The notes beneath the pieces were generated by a model. It did not search any database, was not told where the DNA came from, and worked only from the letters and a program-made list of their open reading frames with translations. From a virus (Duplodnaviria > Caudoviricetes): a stretch of 50,682 nt of DNA. Location of the stretch: positions 1-50,682 of IMG/VR virus record IMGVR_UViG_3300031953_000022; one strand, given 5' to 3'. Made by a program: the position numbers and the translations under genes. The first letter of the stretch is position 1. Every line of letters begins with the position of its first letter. This document shows, one piece after another, positions 27,852 through 36,471 of this stretch.

Positions 27852-28115
27852 TTAAAGATTAATTTCCTGTTTTACGTGCGCTATATTTCTCCAGCAAATT
27901 GAAAATCCAGCCGGGATGTTTCCGTCAATATCCAATACGTTGCACATTACGTTTTTGTCTTTTGTGGCGACAATAAATACCAAATAGCCGTTGTGGTTAA
28001 AATAATACTGGCTTTTGTAAAGTTCTTTTTCCTTCCTGCCTTCATTGAGCAATCTCAGTAATTCGGCTGCTTTTTGAAGTGCTATGTTTTCGAATAGGGA
28101 TGTTTGGATATTCAT
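27852..28115 (-). CDS. Hypothetical protein
   Basis: 87 aa, coupled to ATPase. Confidence 0.6.
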   Translation of the reverse strand: MNIQTSLFENIALQKAAELLRLLNEGRKEKELYKSQYYFNHNGYLVFIVATKDKNVMCNVLDIDGNIPAGFSICWRNIAHVKQEINL

Positions 28116-28831
28116 TCCCTGAAGCTTTCACCATCCCATTTGATGATATTAAACATTTCCGGTAATCGGTCCCCAATACGCTCCCCGTATTTATTGGTTA
28201 ATTCTGAGGGCTTTAAATTCGTGGTAACATAGGTTTTTGAGCTAACCCGGTTACGTTCGAATAAGATTTCTCCAAATAATTCTGTTTTGTTAAAGGCTTT
28301 CTTCTCAAATCCAAGATCGTCAATATAAAGTTTTCCGGTATAAAAATTCTTAATATCGAATACTTCCACATTTTCGCGGTCCCCGGCTGCTCTCATGTAC
28401 TGATCCACAAATGAGCCTGAAGAAATAGAGGTAAACCAAAGATCGCTGCAATTCTTTTTAATAATCAGTTCCCGGCCTATTTTACTTAATATCTCGAATA
28501 AGAATGATTTTCCTACCCCATTAGAACCGTAAATCAACAATCCTTTGTCCAGGCTTGGCGCGTTGTTTATTTTTCCGTACTGGTTGAAATTTTCATCTTT
28601 CAAAAAATACCTTAAAACAGTGAAAACAAATTCCCTGTTTTTTTCATTCAAAATATAATCTGGAGAATAGAATTTAAACAATTTCCAAAGGATGTCTTTT
28701 GTTAAAACATACTGAATAGCATCTTTCTGTTTTTTCAATCCAGGATAAACCGGGTGTACGGTTTTTTCTACTTCGCCTCTTAATTTTGCAAGTCTTTTGA
28801 GGGCTTCTGCGGTCGTGAGTGTTTTAGTCAT
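28112..28831 (-). CDS. DnaC/IstB-like AAA+ helicase loader
   Basis: GSNGVGKS, YIDDLG, TTNL, YGERIGDRL. Confidence 0.88.
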   Translation of the reverse strand: MTKTLTTAEALKRLAKLRGEVEKTVHPVYPGLKKQKDAIQYVLTKDILWKLFKFYSPDYILNEKNREFVFTVLRYFLKDENFNQYGKINNAPSLDKGLLIYGSNGVGKSFLFEILSKIGRELIIKKNCSDLWFTSISSGSFVDQYMRAAGDRENVEVFDIKNFYTGKLYIDDLGFEKKAFNKTELFGEILFERNRVSSKTYVTTNLKPSELTNKYGERIGDRLPEMFNIIKWDGESFRE

Positions 28832-29687
28832 ATTTCGCGATTCTATCTCTTACTCTCTGATTTTGGGGGCTTATTGAAACGGCTGATTTACTGCTATTTT
28901 TCTGAGAAATAATTATACTTATTTTTTCCCGCAGTTTTGAGGTGCTTAGAATATTGCTTTTCCAAAAATTCCCTTCTTTGCTCTTTAGATATTCGTAAGC
29001 CTCTTTGATTTGATCCTTAGTAACTTTATCAGCTTCAATCATTAGGCGTATCGGATCTACATAGGCTGAAAATTTCGCCTGGTCTTGATTTTTTGTTGGC
29101 GCCCGGCTTGCTTTTAAGTTTTCAATGAATAGTTTTTGAAAAGTAACAGCAATCTCAAAATAATTTTTCAATTCAGAAGGAACGTCTGAAATTGAAATTT
29201 CAGATAAAAGCTTTTTATTTATATCTTTTACTTTAGTTTTATTTACTTTACTCTCTTCTCTTTTATTATGTGGTTTTTCGACGTCTGAAACTGCTACTTT
29301 TGGGGTTATCGACGTCGATAACTCCGTTTTAAGGGGTTTTACATCTCGAATCCTCTTATTTAACAAAGCTCCAAACCTTTCTTTCATTTTTTCGGAATAG
29401 ATTTTTTTATCCTCCATAACGAATAATTTAAGGGTCAGACAGCAATAATTAATGATCTCTTCCAGTAGTTCTGGATCGCAATCAAAGTCCCCTGCTGTGA
29501 GTTCAATATTTAAAGGAGTCCATTCTATCTCAAAGTAATCTGAATCAGTTAGGACTTCTAAAAACATAGTCCAGATTGCATAACCTTCTAGGCCAAATTT
29601 TCGTCTTAATGCTCTTAATTTTGGATCATTTCTCATATCGGCATCATGGGAGAAATAATAAGCATTTTTCTTTTTAGGACGTGCCAT
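28824..29687 (-). CDS. Replication initiator (DUF4373/Lin1244-like N-terminus)
   Basis: MARPKK..YFSHDADMRNDPKL..LRRKFGLEGYAIW; upstream of loader. Confidence 0.85.
   Translation of the reverse strand: MARPKKKNAYYFSHDADMRNDPKLRALRRKFGLEGYAIWTMFLEVLTDSDYFEIEWTPLNIELTAGDFDCDPELLEEIINYCCLTLKLFVMEDKKIYSEKMKERFGALLNKRIRDVKPLKTELSTSITPKVAVSDVEKPHNKREESKVNKTKVKDINKKLLSEISISDVPSELKNYFEIAVTFQKLFIENLKASRAPTKNQDQAKFSAYVDPIRLMIEADKVTKDQIKEAYEYLKSKEGNFWKSNILSTSKLREKISIIISQKNSSKSAVSISPQNQRVRDRIAKYD
29182..29322. repeat. Probable replication-origin repeats within the initiator gene
   Basis: Perfect palindrome GTTATCGACGTCGATAAC 29305-29322; ACGTCTGAAA at 29182 and 29281; AT-rich tract between. Confidence 0.5.
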
Positions 29688-30196
29688 TAAAACCCTTCTT
29701 TAGATAGTGAATGCCCGTATTCAGGCATAAACTCTATTCCATCCACGGAATATGAATAAGTGTAAAAACTCACATCTGAAACATTCCCGCTAGGCTCAAA
29801 ATCTGTAGTGTTTTGGAATAAGTCTGGGAGGTATAAAAAGCTGCTATTCTTCTCAATTTTTTTACCTATTAAAACTATTTTTACTTCAAAAAATTCTATA
29901 TTTCTTTTACGTAAAAAATTTACAATTCCTTTAGCGTATCTTACGCTTTGCCAAAATGCATCTTGATCTATCACATTCTTCTTTAACTCGCAAACTGTAA
30001 CTACTAATTTCGGCTTTATTTTACCGGAATAAGAATGAAAGTATTCCCTCTTATAAGTTATAAGATCCGAAACGCCATAATTACCAATTCTAAATTGGCG
30101 TCTCATTTTACCTGTTAACTGAAGTCCTTTTGATTGAAGTGTAAAGTTGTCCGTCTCTTCAATAATTTGTTCTAAATCCTTTTCTAAAAAATGCAT
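29687..30196 (-). CDS. PD-(D/E)XK (NucS-like) nuclease
   Basis: LEKDLE, RQFRIGNYGVSDL, VCELKK, QSVRY motifs; probable ATG 30196. Confidence 0.7.
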   Translation of the reverse strand: MHFLEKDLEQIIEETDNFTLQSKGLQLTGKMRRQFRIGNYGVSDLITYKREYFHSYSGKIKPKLVVTVCELKKNVIDQDAFWQSVRYAKGIVNFLRKRNIEFFEVKIVLIGKKIEKNSSFLYLPDLFQNTTDFEPSGNVSDVSFYTYSYSVDGIEFMPEYGHSLSKEGF

Positions 30197-30230
30197 TTCG
30201 CTGGGGGGTTTAGCGTTAGAAAATAGAAAA

Positions 30231-30298
30231 GGCGTAACCCTTCCCTGTTCGCTAAAACACCTTAACCTCTCGGTTGAAGATTGGGAAAAAGCTACGCC
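30231..30298 (-). ncRNA. C4-like three-way-junction antisense RNA candidate
   Basis: Closing stem GGCGUAGCUUUUUCCC/GGGAAGGGUUACGCC, GAGA tetraloop hairpin, UGUU-UUAGCG-AACA hairpin complementary to flanking CGCUAAA sites. Confidence 0.55.
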
Positions 30299-30407
30299 AG
30301 TATTAAGGAGTAGTGAATTTAAATTCTTGGAGTGATCTTTCCAAAAGGTATTCGGTATTTTAGCGTTCACAAATATACTATTATTTTTCATATCTCAATT
30401 TTAAAAT

Positions 30408-30971
30408 TTAATTTTTCGGTAAATAATTATGCATTGAAGCTTTTTCAAGCATCGAAATCATAGGCGTAAGCCTTTCTATAACTGTATTAATATGATGCTC
30501 TGGTACTTTTTCAATAAGATCAAAAAGCGGTGTTCTAGCATCTTCTTTTCGGGCTTTACTTTCAATTTTGACAGTTTTCTTTGAGTGTTTTTTCTTTAAT
30601 TTTAAAAGCTCCACATTAAGCTTGTAATTGGTTTGTTTTAAATCTTCAATAGAATTTTTTAAGCGCCGGTATTTATGACTTTCTTCATCTGTGAATATCG
30701 CTGATTCGCTTAAAAATGCGTGTATTTGCTTTATTTCAGGAAACTTTTTAAAATATTTTGGAAGCCTTTTGATGCATAAAAGAACAGTTGTGTGGCTCTC
30801 CACGTTTACTGTTTTTCCAATTTCTAAATAACTCATTCTTGTATTGGATCGCGCGATGTCGTAATAAACAGATCTTGCCGCGCTTATTTCTACAGTTTGC
30901 GCTTTAATAGCCATATTTTCAATCCCTGACAAGCGTTCTATTTCGCTTTTAAGTAATTTTAAATCAATCAT
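30408..30971 (-). CDS. DnaA C-terminal-like HTH protein
   Basis: ARSVYYDIAR...SYLEIGKTVN..HTTVL. Confidence 0.7.
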   Translation of the reverse strand: MIDLKLLKSEIERLSGIENMAIKAQTVEISAARSVYYDIARSNTRMSYLEIGKTVNVESHTTVLLCIKRLPKYFKKFPEIKQIHAFLSESAIFTDEESHKYRRLKNSIEDLKQTNYKLNVELLKLKKKHSKKTVKIESKARKEDARTPLFDLIEKVPEHHINTVIERLTPMISMLEKASMHNYLPKN

Positions 30972-30974
30972 ATC

Positions 30975-31295
30975 TTAATGTTCTAATATTTTCCTGAATA
31001 CTACAGGCCGGGATTCTTTAAGCGCCCGGTCAATTCCTTCTTGCATTCCTTTGCTGGTTCCAAAATCAATGTAAACAACTGTTTTTTCGGCTTCTTTTCC
31101 CCAAATTAAACCCGCTTCTATTCCTAAGGCTCTTTCCTCTGGGATTGAATCGTCCAGAATTCCATCTTGAGTGTATAAAATATGTGAGCACAAGGGGTAT
31201 TCTCCCCGTTTTAAGCTGTCTTTCATACAAAGTCTTGCGTATGCTATATTTCTTTTTACAAACCCTGCGTAGGGGCTTTCAATGATTACTTTCAT
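30975..31295 (-). CDS. Conserved phage protein, deoxyribosyltransferase-like fold
   Basis: VIIESPYAG...RNIAYAR...SHILYTQ...SKGM..GI. Confidence 0.65.
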   Translation of the reverse strand: MKVIIESPYAGFVKRNIAYARLCMKDSLKRGEYPLCSHILYTQDGILDDSIPEERALGIEAGLIWGKEAEKTVVYIDFGTSKGMQEGIDRALKESRPVVFRKILEH

Positions 31296-31296
31296 T

Positions 31297-32043
31297 TTAA
31301 AATATTGTTAGTTGGGATTGGCGTTGAATTAGTCTTTTCTTGCCGTTATCGAAATGAGTTTTTGAAATTTCGCAACCATAGAAATCAATATTAAATTTCA
31401 AAGAAGAAATAGCGTCTGACATACTTCCTAGATGAGTGCTTAAGACTTTATCTCCATCATGGGTGTAGTTTTTAAATTGCCAGTCGTAAAGTTGAATTGG
31501 TTTTTCTGTAGGATGTATTTTTTTCTGGTTCAATTTTTTATTTCCTTGCTGAATATGGCCTTCAAGCATAGATTTACCTTGAAGCATTCCGTTCCACATA
31601 AATTTGTAAATTACTGTAGGTTTATCAAATGAAGTCCAGGCCAATTCGTAATCATTAAAAGAAGATACGCCATTACATTTATCCCAAATAATCCAGCCTT
31701 TAGGATTTTCTTTAATGAATTTATTTATCTCTTCACCTCTTGGAGTTTTAAAGGGTTTTCCAATAAAATCAAAATAATTAGCACCCCAAATAATTTGATT
31801 TACAGATACTCTTTTAACATCATTAAACCATTTTTCGTCAGGCAAATTCCAAGTTGCTGTAATAGGATAATCCCTTCTTTTTACATTTATTTTGCTAACC
31901 TCATTTCCGTAAAATTTCCTTTTTTCCGGGCCACTAAAATAAGGGGGGTCTGCGTCCGTTAGATTAAAATAGTTATCTGGATAACGTGCCATAAGTTGCA
32001 TGTTATCTTCGTTGGTTATTGTCATATCTATAATTTTAATCAA
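31297..32043 (-). CDS. DNA methyltransferase (N6A/N4C, beta class), orphan
   Basis: DPPY, IIWGANYF, IHPTEKP, THLGSMS motifs. Confidence 0.88.
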   Translation of the reverse strand: MIKIIDMTITNEDNMQLMARYPDNYFNLTDADPPYFSGPEKRKFYGNEVSKINVKRRDYPITATWNLPDEKWFNDVKRVSVNQIIWGANYFDFIGKPFKTPRGEEINKFIKENPKGWIIWDKCNGVSSFNDYELAWTSFDKPTVIYKFMWNGMLQGKSMLEGHIQQGNKKLNQKKIHPTEKPIQLYDWQFKNYTHDGDKVLSTHLGSMSDAISSLKFNIDFYGCEISKTHFDNGKKRLIQRQSQLTIF

Positions 32044-32689
32044 AAAGCGTTAATGGAAATTTCTCAATTAATACAGGAACTTCAACGTGAATTCCTTTGG
32101 GTTTCAATTCCTGTTTTTTCTCAGTAAAAATGTATCGTTTGCATTCTTCAATAGACATAGGATGAACTCCTAAAAGGGTTTTGGGCATCCATATTCTCCA
32201 ACCTCCGTAAATTTCAAGGGATAGGCAGTTCATATGAATTACAACCCCTGACATCCCAAACATCACATAATTAAGAACGGACATAAGGCAACATCTTTTA
32301 TCCAAATCCTGGGCGACATAGGTGAATTTAAAGCGGTTGTTTGGACTTTTCATTGCGTGAGCTATTAGGTTTCGGGCGCTTCCACAACTCGGATCGTTTA
32401 CACTCATTCTCTCTCCTTCCCGGTCGTCATTCGTGAACATTGCCATTAAATTACAGAGGGAAACAGGTGTGAAAAATTGCCCGAATTTTGCGCTCCGTCC
32501 GTATTTGTTCTGGACTTTTACCATTTTCAGGTTTATTGGGATTCCCATTTTTCTCAAATCGAGAATTCTGGCTTTAGGGTGTAATATTCCGGTCTCAGAA
32601 AGGATTTGTCTTACAGAAATATCTTTGTTGGTTAAAAGCTCTCTGAAGACTTCCTGTAGCTGCGTTGTGGGTTGTGGGAGATTTTTTAT
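32036..32689 (-). CDS. Winged-HTH / N-6 DNA methylase-like chimera (start uncertain)
   Basis: GQFFTP and NDPSCGS; frame open upstream to an ATA at 32689 encoding HPKARILDLRKMG...VQNKYG. Confidence 0.6.
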   Translation of the reverse strand: MKNLPQPTTQLQEVFRELLTNKDISVRQILSETGILHPKARILDLRKMGIPINLKMVKVQNKYGRSAKFGQFFTPVSLCNLMAMFTNDDREGERMSVNDPSCGSARNLIAHAMKSPNNRFKFTYVAQDLDKRCCLMSVLNYVMFGMSGVVIHMNCLSLEIYGGWRIWMPKTLLGVHPMSIEECKRYIFTEKKQELKPKGIHVEVPVLIEKFPLTLFD

Positions 32690-32703
32690 AATTTCGGATT
32701 TAA

Positions 32704-33006
32704 TTAATTAATATCTTCAAGCGTGTAATATTTCAAGGGTTGCCCCATGTGATCAGTCCTTTCTCCTTCAACTTCCACTAATCGGGTTCGCTCCACTTTC
32801 AAGGGTTTTTCATCTTCGTCAAAAAAGCGCTCATTCCAGTACATTCTTTTGGCCGGGACCAGTTCGGGGTCTTTTCGGGTGCCCTTATTGAATTCGATAT
32901 CTTCAAATCTGCGGGCTCCTTTTACTTGATCTTCATATTCCAAATTGATAATCTGGTTAAGAAGGGTAATTACTTTTTTCTTTTTGTTTAATATTCTTTT
33001 GCTCAT
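32704..33006 (-). CDS. Hypothetical protein
   Basis: 100 aa ORF. Confidence 0.6.
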   Translation of the reverse strand: MSKRILNKKKKVITLLNQIINLEYEDQVKGARRFEDIEFNKGTRKDPELVPAKRMYWNERFFDEDEKPLKVERTRLVEVEGERTDHMGQPLKYYTLEDIN

Positions 33007-33017
33007 AACGGTTTGGG

Positions 33018-33674
33018 TTACTGGTTGGGATAAATTTCTAATTCCTGGTTAAATTTTCTTCGCAATTCTATTCTTTCTGAGTTTGAGAATTTTCTATCCT
33101 GCAAGTCGAGCCATTTTATGATCCGCTTTGCAATGATGGTTTTTTCCTTGATTTCTTCTTTGGATAGATTAAGGGCTGGTAAGCCTTTAAGGGATATGCA
33201 GTATTCTTGAATTTCTTTTCCAAATACCTCTTTTAGAAATATCTTGTAATCCGAATGATTCCCGTCTTTATCTGTATTTTGATCTACAGATTGTCCGAAA
33301 ATATTAAATAAATGAAACCTGATTTGATTGTTTCCTCCTATAGCATAGAAATGTCCTGCATGGTATTTCCTTATGTCAAATCCAAGCGGCTCATTAGAAG
33401 ATATGCAGTTATGCCCCCGGTCTAAGATTCTGACCATTCTGTTTATTTCGTACTCTAGCTTTTTTTCAACATCGGTTTTGGTTTCCGAATTCTTAGGTGA
33501 GATGTTTTTTTCTTTGTTCCGCTCCTTTTTAGCTGTATTAGCTGCTACGAATTTATTGTATTCGTTAAAGCATTTTGAAGAACAAACAGCCTGAGTAGTG
33601 GAATAGGTGGGTACAAATACTTTATTGCAATTTTGGTTCTTGCACTTACGGGGTTTATCTTTTCTAATTGACAT
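33018..33674 (-). CDS. NinG/Rap-like recombination endonuclease
   Basis: CKNQNC..F...QAVCSSKC; VRILD...CISS; HAGHF; IRFH..NIFGQ. Confidence 0.82.
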   Translation of the reverse strand: MSIRKDKPRKCKNQNCNKVFVPTYSTTQAVCSSKCFNEYNKFVAANTAKKERNKEKNISPKNSETKTDVEKKLEYEINRMVRILDRGHNCISSNEPLGFDIRKYHAGHFYAIGGNNQIRFHLFNIFGQSVDQNTDKDGNHSDYKIFLKEVFGKEIQEYCISLKGLPALNLSKEEIKEKTIIAKRIIKWLDLQDRKFSNSERIELRRKFNQELEIYPNQ

Positions 33675-33735
33675 TCTAAGGGGGAATTGTGGGGGTTAAT
33701 AAATATCCCTCGTTTGAGGGCACTTGTTTTGAATT

Positions 33736-34122
33736 TTAGAACGGCAGATCGTCAAAGTCTTCTTCGTGCTGATCAACAGCACTTTCTGAAAGTGAATTGG
33801 TTGTTTGCGGTTCCGGTTCCCTTCGTCCCCAAAGAATGGCATTTCCTAAAATAGGCATTGCCCGTTGTTCTTCCTTGGTCATTGAGTTGTACAGATCTTT
33901 GTCTAAAGACTGTTTTACCAGGTGGGTATCTTTGCTGTCTCCCACCTTATTTTTAATTTCCATTGCCTGAAGGTCCAGGTAAATCCCTTTTTCTCCTTCA
34001 AAAAAATTATTCTCTTTGATTGGAAGGATCAAACATTTTACCATGGTCCCGTTTGCTCCTTTTAATTCGCGAACGACATTCTTTAATTGAAGCATATTGA
34101 TTTTTGTGCTAATATTTGCCAT
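33736..34122 (-). CDS. Putative single-stranded DNA-binding protein
   Basis: Acidic DDLPF tail; THLVKQS...PILGN. Confidence 0.65.
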   Translation of the reverse strand: MANISTKINMLQLKNVVRELKGANGTMVKCLILPIKENNFFEGEKGIYLDLQAMEIKNKVGDSKDTHLVKQSLDKDLYNSMTKEEQRAMPILGNAILWGRREPEPQTTNSLSESAVDQHEEDFDDLPF

Positions 34123-34124
34123 CT

Positions 34125-34301
34125 TTATTCTGTTTTAAATTGTGAAAAGTTTATTTGAAAAAACCTATACACAAACCCCGGTTTCTTATCCAGTTTCAGT
34201 GCCTTTCCATAAGTCATAACTGACTTATAAGCTTTGCCGTTTTTCAGGGCAATAACTTCAATCTGTGTCTCCGGTGCCAGGCCAATACTATCTCTTGCCA
34301 A
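34125..34301 (-). CDS. Small hypothetical protein
   Basis: Own translation from TTG: MARDSIGLAPETQIEVIALKNGKAYK..., 58 aa. Confidence 0.55.
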   Translation of the reverse strand: MARDSIGLAPETQIEVIALKNGKAYKSVMTYGKALKLDKKPGFVYRFFQINFSQFKTE

Positions 34302-34854
34302 TTACGATATCGTAAACTTTCTTAGTGATCTCAATATCGTAAAAGCCGTCGTGCGCTTTTTCCTCTTCAATCTCAATCCCTAAATGTTTAGCAACGGTCA
34401 TTAGCTTGAAATTAGGCATTGATGCGCGTTCGTTTTTCAAATATTCCGCAGCTAAAACCATTACGTCAATGTTATTGGACCAGAAATAAGAACCGAAATA
34501 ATTGTCCCCGCATTGTTTGAAAAATGCCCTCACAAAAGCATTGTCAAAGTGAGCATTATAGGCGCAAAAGAAAAACTTGTCCTGTCTGTCGAATTTCTTC
34601 ACATACTTGGAAAGTATCTTTGTGAGTTGCGCGTAAGATTCGCTGCGGTGTGGATAAGCCATTACATCTTCCAGTTTCAGTCCTCCAATTGCCAGGGCTT
34701 CATCTTCGATTTTCCCTTTTTCGTGGGGTTTTATCTTGAAGTCAAAGGATTCTTTGAGTTCGTTATCGATATAAACCCCGCCTGAGATTTGATGAACGGA
34801 ATGTTGCCAGTGGTTTACGCCTGTGGTTTCAACGTCAATAAATACTTGTTTCAT
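34288..34854 (-). CDS. DEDDh 3'-5' exonuclease
   Basis: DVETTG, AYNAHFD, AHDGFYD. Confidence 0.9.
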   Translation of the reverse strand: MKQVFIDVETTGVNHWQHSVHQISGGVYIDNELKESFDFKIKPHEKGKIEDEALAIGGLKLEDVMAYPHRSESYAQLTKILSKYVKKFDRQDKFFFCAYNAHFDNAFVRAFFKQCGDNYFGSYFWSNNIDVMVLAAEYLKNERASMPNFKLMTVAKHLGIEIEEEKAHDGFYDIEITKKVYDIVIGKR

Positions 34855-34855
34855 A

Positions 34856-36022
34856 TTAACTTTTAAGAAGGTTATTTAAAAATTCCCGGGACAATCTCAC
34901 AACTTCTTTGAGTTGCGCGTTTCTATTTTCGCAGTACGAATGAGGGTAGATCTTAAGCCGTTTATGTTTTGGGATCTCAAAAAATTTCCCAACAAACCAG
35001 TCTAACTTAATCGTGGTGCTTTGCTCGCAAAATTCAGTAAGTCCTTTCCTGGTGAACAAATGCCCGCAAACCAATTCTACTACCAAATCAATAGATTCTT
35101 CCCGTACGTCTCCTTCATTTGTCAGGATATCCATTTTCCAATCCAACCGCCTTATTTCATCTTCGATCATTTTGAAGGGAGTATCTACAAGGCCATAGAT
35201 CAATTCAGACTCTTTCAGTTCCCAAAGGTCCATGTAGCAATCCAATTGCCATTCATAGTCTTTGTTTGGGATCTTGGTATCATTGGCTGGAAAAGAGGTG
35301 TATTCCCAACTGGTTTTCACATCCCTTATTTTTCCCTGGCTATTATCGCATTCACCGTTGAAAAATTCGTTTTTCCTTCGGGTCTTGTTTTTTACGAAAA
35401 TCCCGCCCATCACATCTTCATAAAGCTCAATGGTTTTATCTTCGCAAATAATCCCTTTGTCAAGCTGCTTTGCGTAAATATTCTTACTTCGGCCTGTGGT
35501 GGCATTCCAGAAAATTGTTTCCAGTTCCTTTTTTGCCGCGTCGCTCAATTTAACTTTGGCGTTTTTCTTGCCTAAAAGGTCTCCAAGAACGGTAATTTGG
35601 TTTTCGGTAAGTTTCCTTCCTTCTCCATTGTTCCGGGCTAAATACGCCTCCAATGTTTCTATTTGTAGCCCGGTCAATACCTTTGGAATGCCGCCCATTA
35701 ATTTTCCTATCATGTGAGGATGGAAAAGAAAACTATCAAAACTCTCGATAATTCCCTGCAATTCGCCCCTTCTAAGCTCCAGGTACACATCAAACTGATC
35801 TTCATATCCGTTATCTTCCAGGATTCCGATAAGGATTTGAAGTTCCTCTTCGCTTTGAGCCTTCAAAATATGGGTTTTGATGCGATCAAACATTTCGGTT
35901 TCAGACTTTTCAAAGTCATTAATGGCCCGGCTTTCCTCTTCAGGCACGTCCATTAGTTCGGTTGAAGAAACCTCTGCCGAATGTAAATTCGGCAAGGTTT
36001 TCTTTAATTCTTCAGAATTCAT
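34856..36022 (-). CDS. YqaJ/lambda-exonuclease-like recombination nuclease
   Basis: KG..CE, GECD...IRDVKTSW, YEWQLDCYM. Confidence 0.78.
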   Translation of the reverse strand: MNSEELKKTLPNLHSAEVSSTELMDVPEEESRAINDFEKSETEMFDRIKTHILKAQSEEELQILIGILEDNGYEDQFDVYLELRRGELQGIIESFDSFLFHPHMIGKLMGGIPKVLTGLQIETLEAYLARNNGEGRKLTENQITVLGDLLGKKNAKVKLSDAAKKELETIFWNATTGRSKNIYAKQLDKGIICEDKTIELYEDVMGGIFVKNKTRRKNEFFNGECDNSQGKIRDVKTSWEYTSFPANDTKIPNKDYEWQLDCYMDLWELKESELIYGLVDTPFKMIEDEIRRLDWKMDILTNEGDVREESIDLVVELVCGHLFTRKGLTEFCEQSTTIKLDWFVGKFFEIPKHKRLKIYPHSYCENRNAQLKEVVRLSREFLNNLLKS

Positions 36023-36023
36023 C

Positions 36024-36440
36024 TTAAAGGATTATTGGTTTAATGCTCCATCTGTCAGAACTGAAAGCGTTGGTTTTGTTTTTCTGCTTTCCGATATAAG
36101 CAATTCGTACCGGGGTGTTTTTCAATACCACTTCTCCGCTTTCAATTGCCGCTTCAATTGTGGCAACCAGTCGCTTTGATCCGTTATGGATGGTGCTGAA
36201 GGCTCCATCTTCCTCCTGGGACAACATAATAATACAAGGGAGGATTATATCTTCCCCTGACTTTTCGTCTGTGTAGGTGGAATTTTGAATTTCCATTACA
36301 ACCCCTACCTTGTATTCGCCCTCCGCTTCGGGAGTCCAGTAGATTGAAGATAGTTCCCGTTGAGAAACTTTTGCTTTGTGCAAGTTTGGGAGTGAATCCA
36401 AAACCGCAACTTCATTCGAATTAATCGCATTTTTTTCCAT
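36024..36440 (-). CDS. Putative OB-fold ssDNA-binding / recombination protein
   Basis: YWTP..EGE, VRIAYIGKQK pattern; adjacent to exonuclease. Confidence 0.5.
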   Translation of the reverse strand: MEKNAINSNEVAVLDSLPNLHKAKVSQRELSSIYWTPEAEGEYKVGVVMEIQNSTYTDEKSGEDIILPCIIMLSQEEDGAFSTIHNGSKRLVATIEAAIESGEVVLKNTPVRIAYIGKQKNKTNAFSSDRWSIKPIIL

Positions 36441-36471
36441 TGTTTCTAAGTATTTATAGTTAATTATTGAA

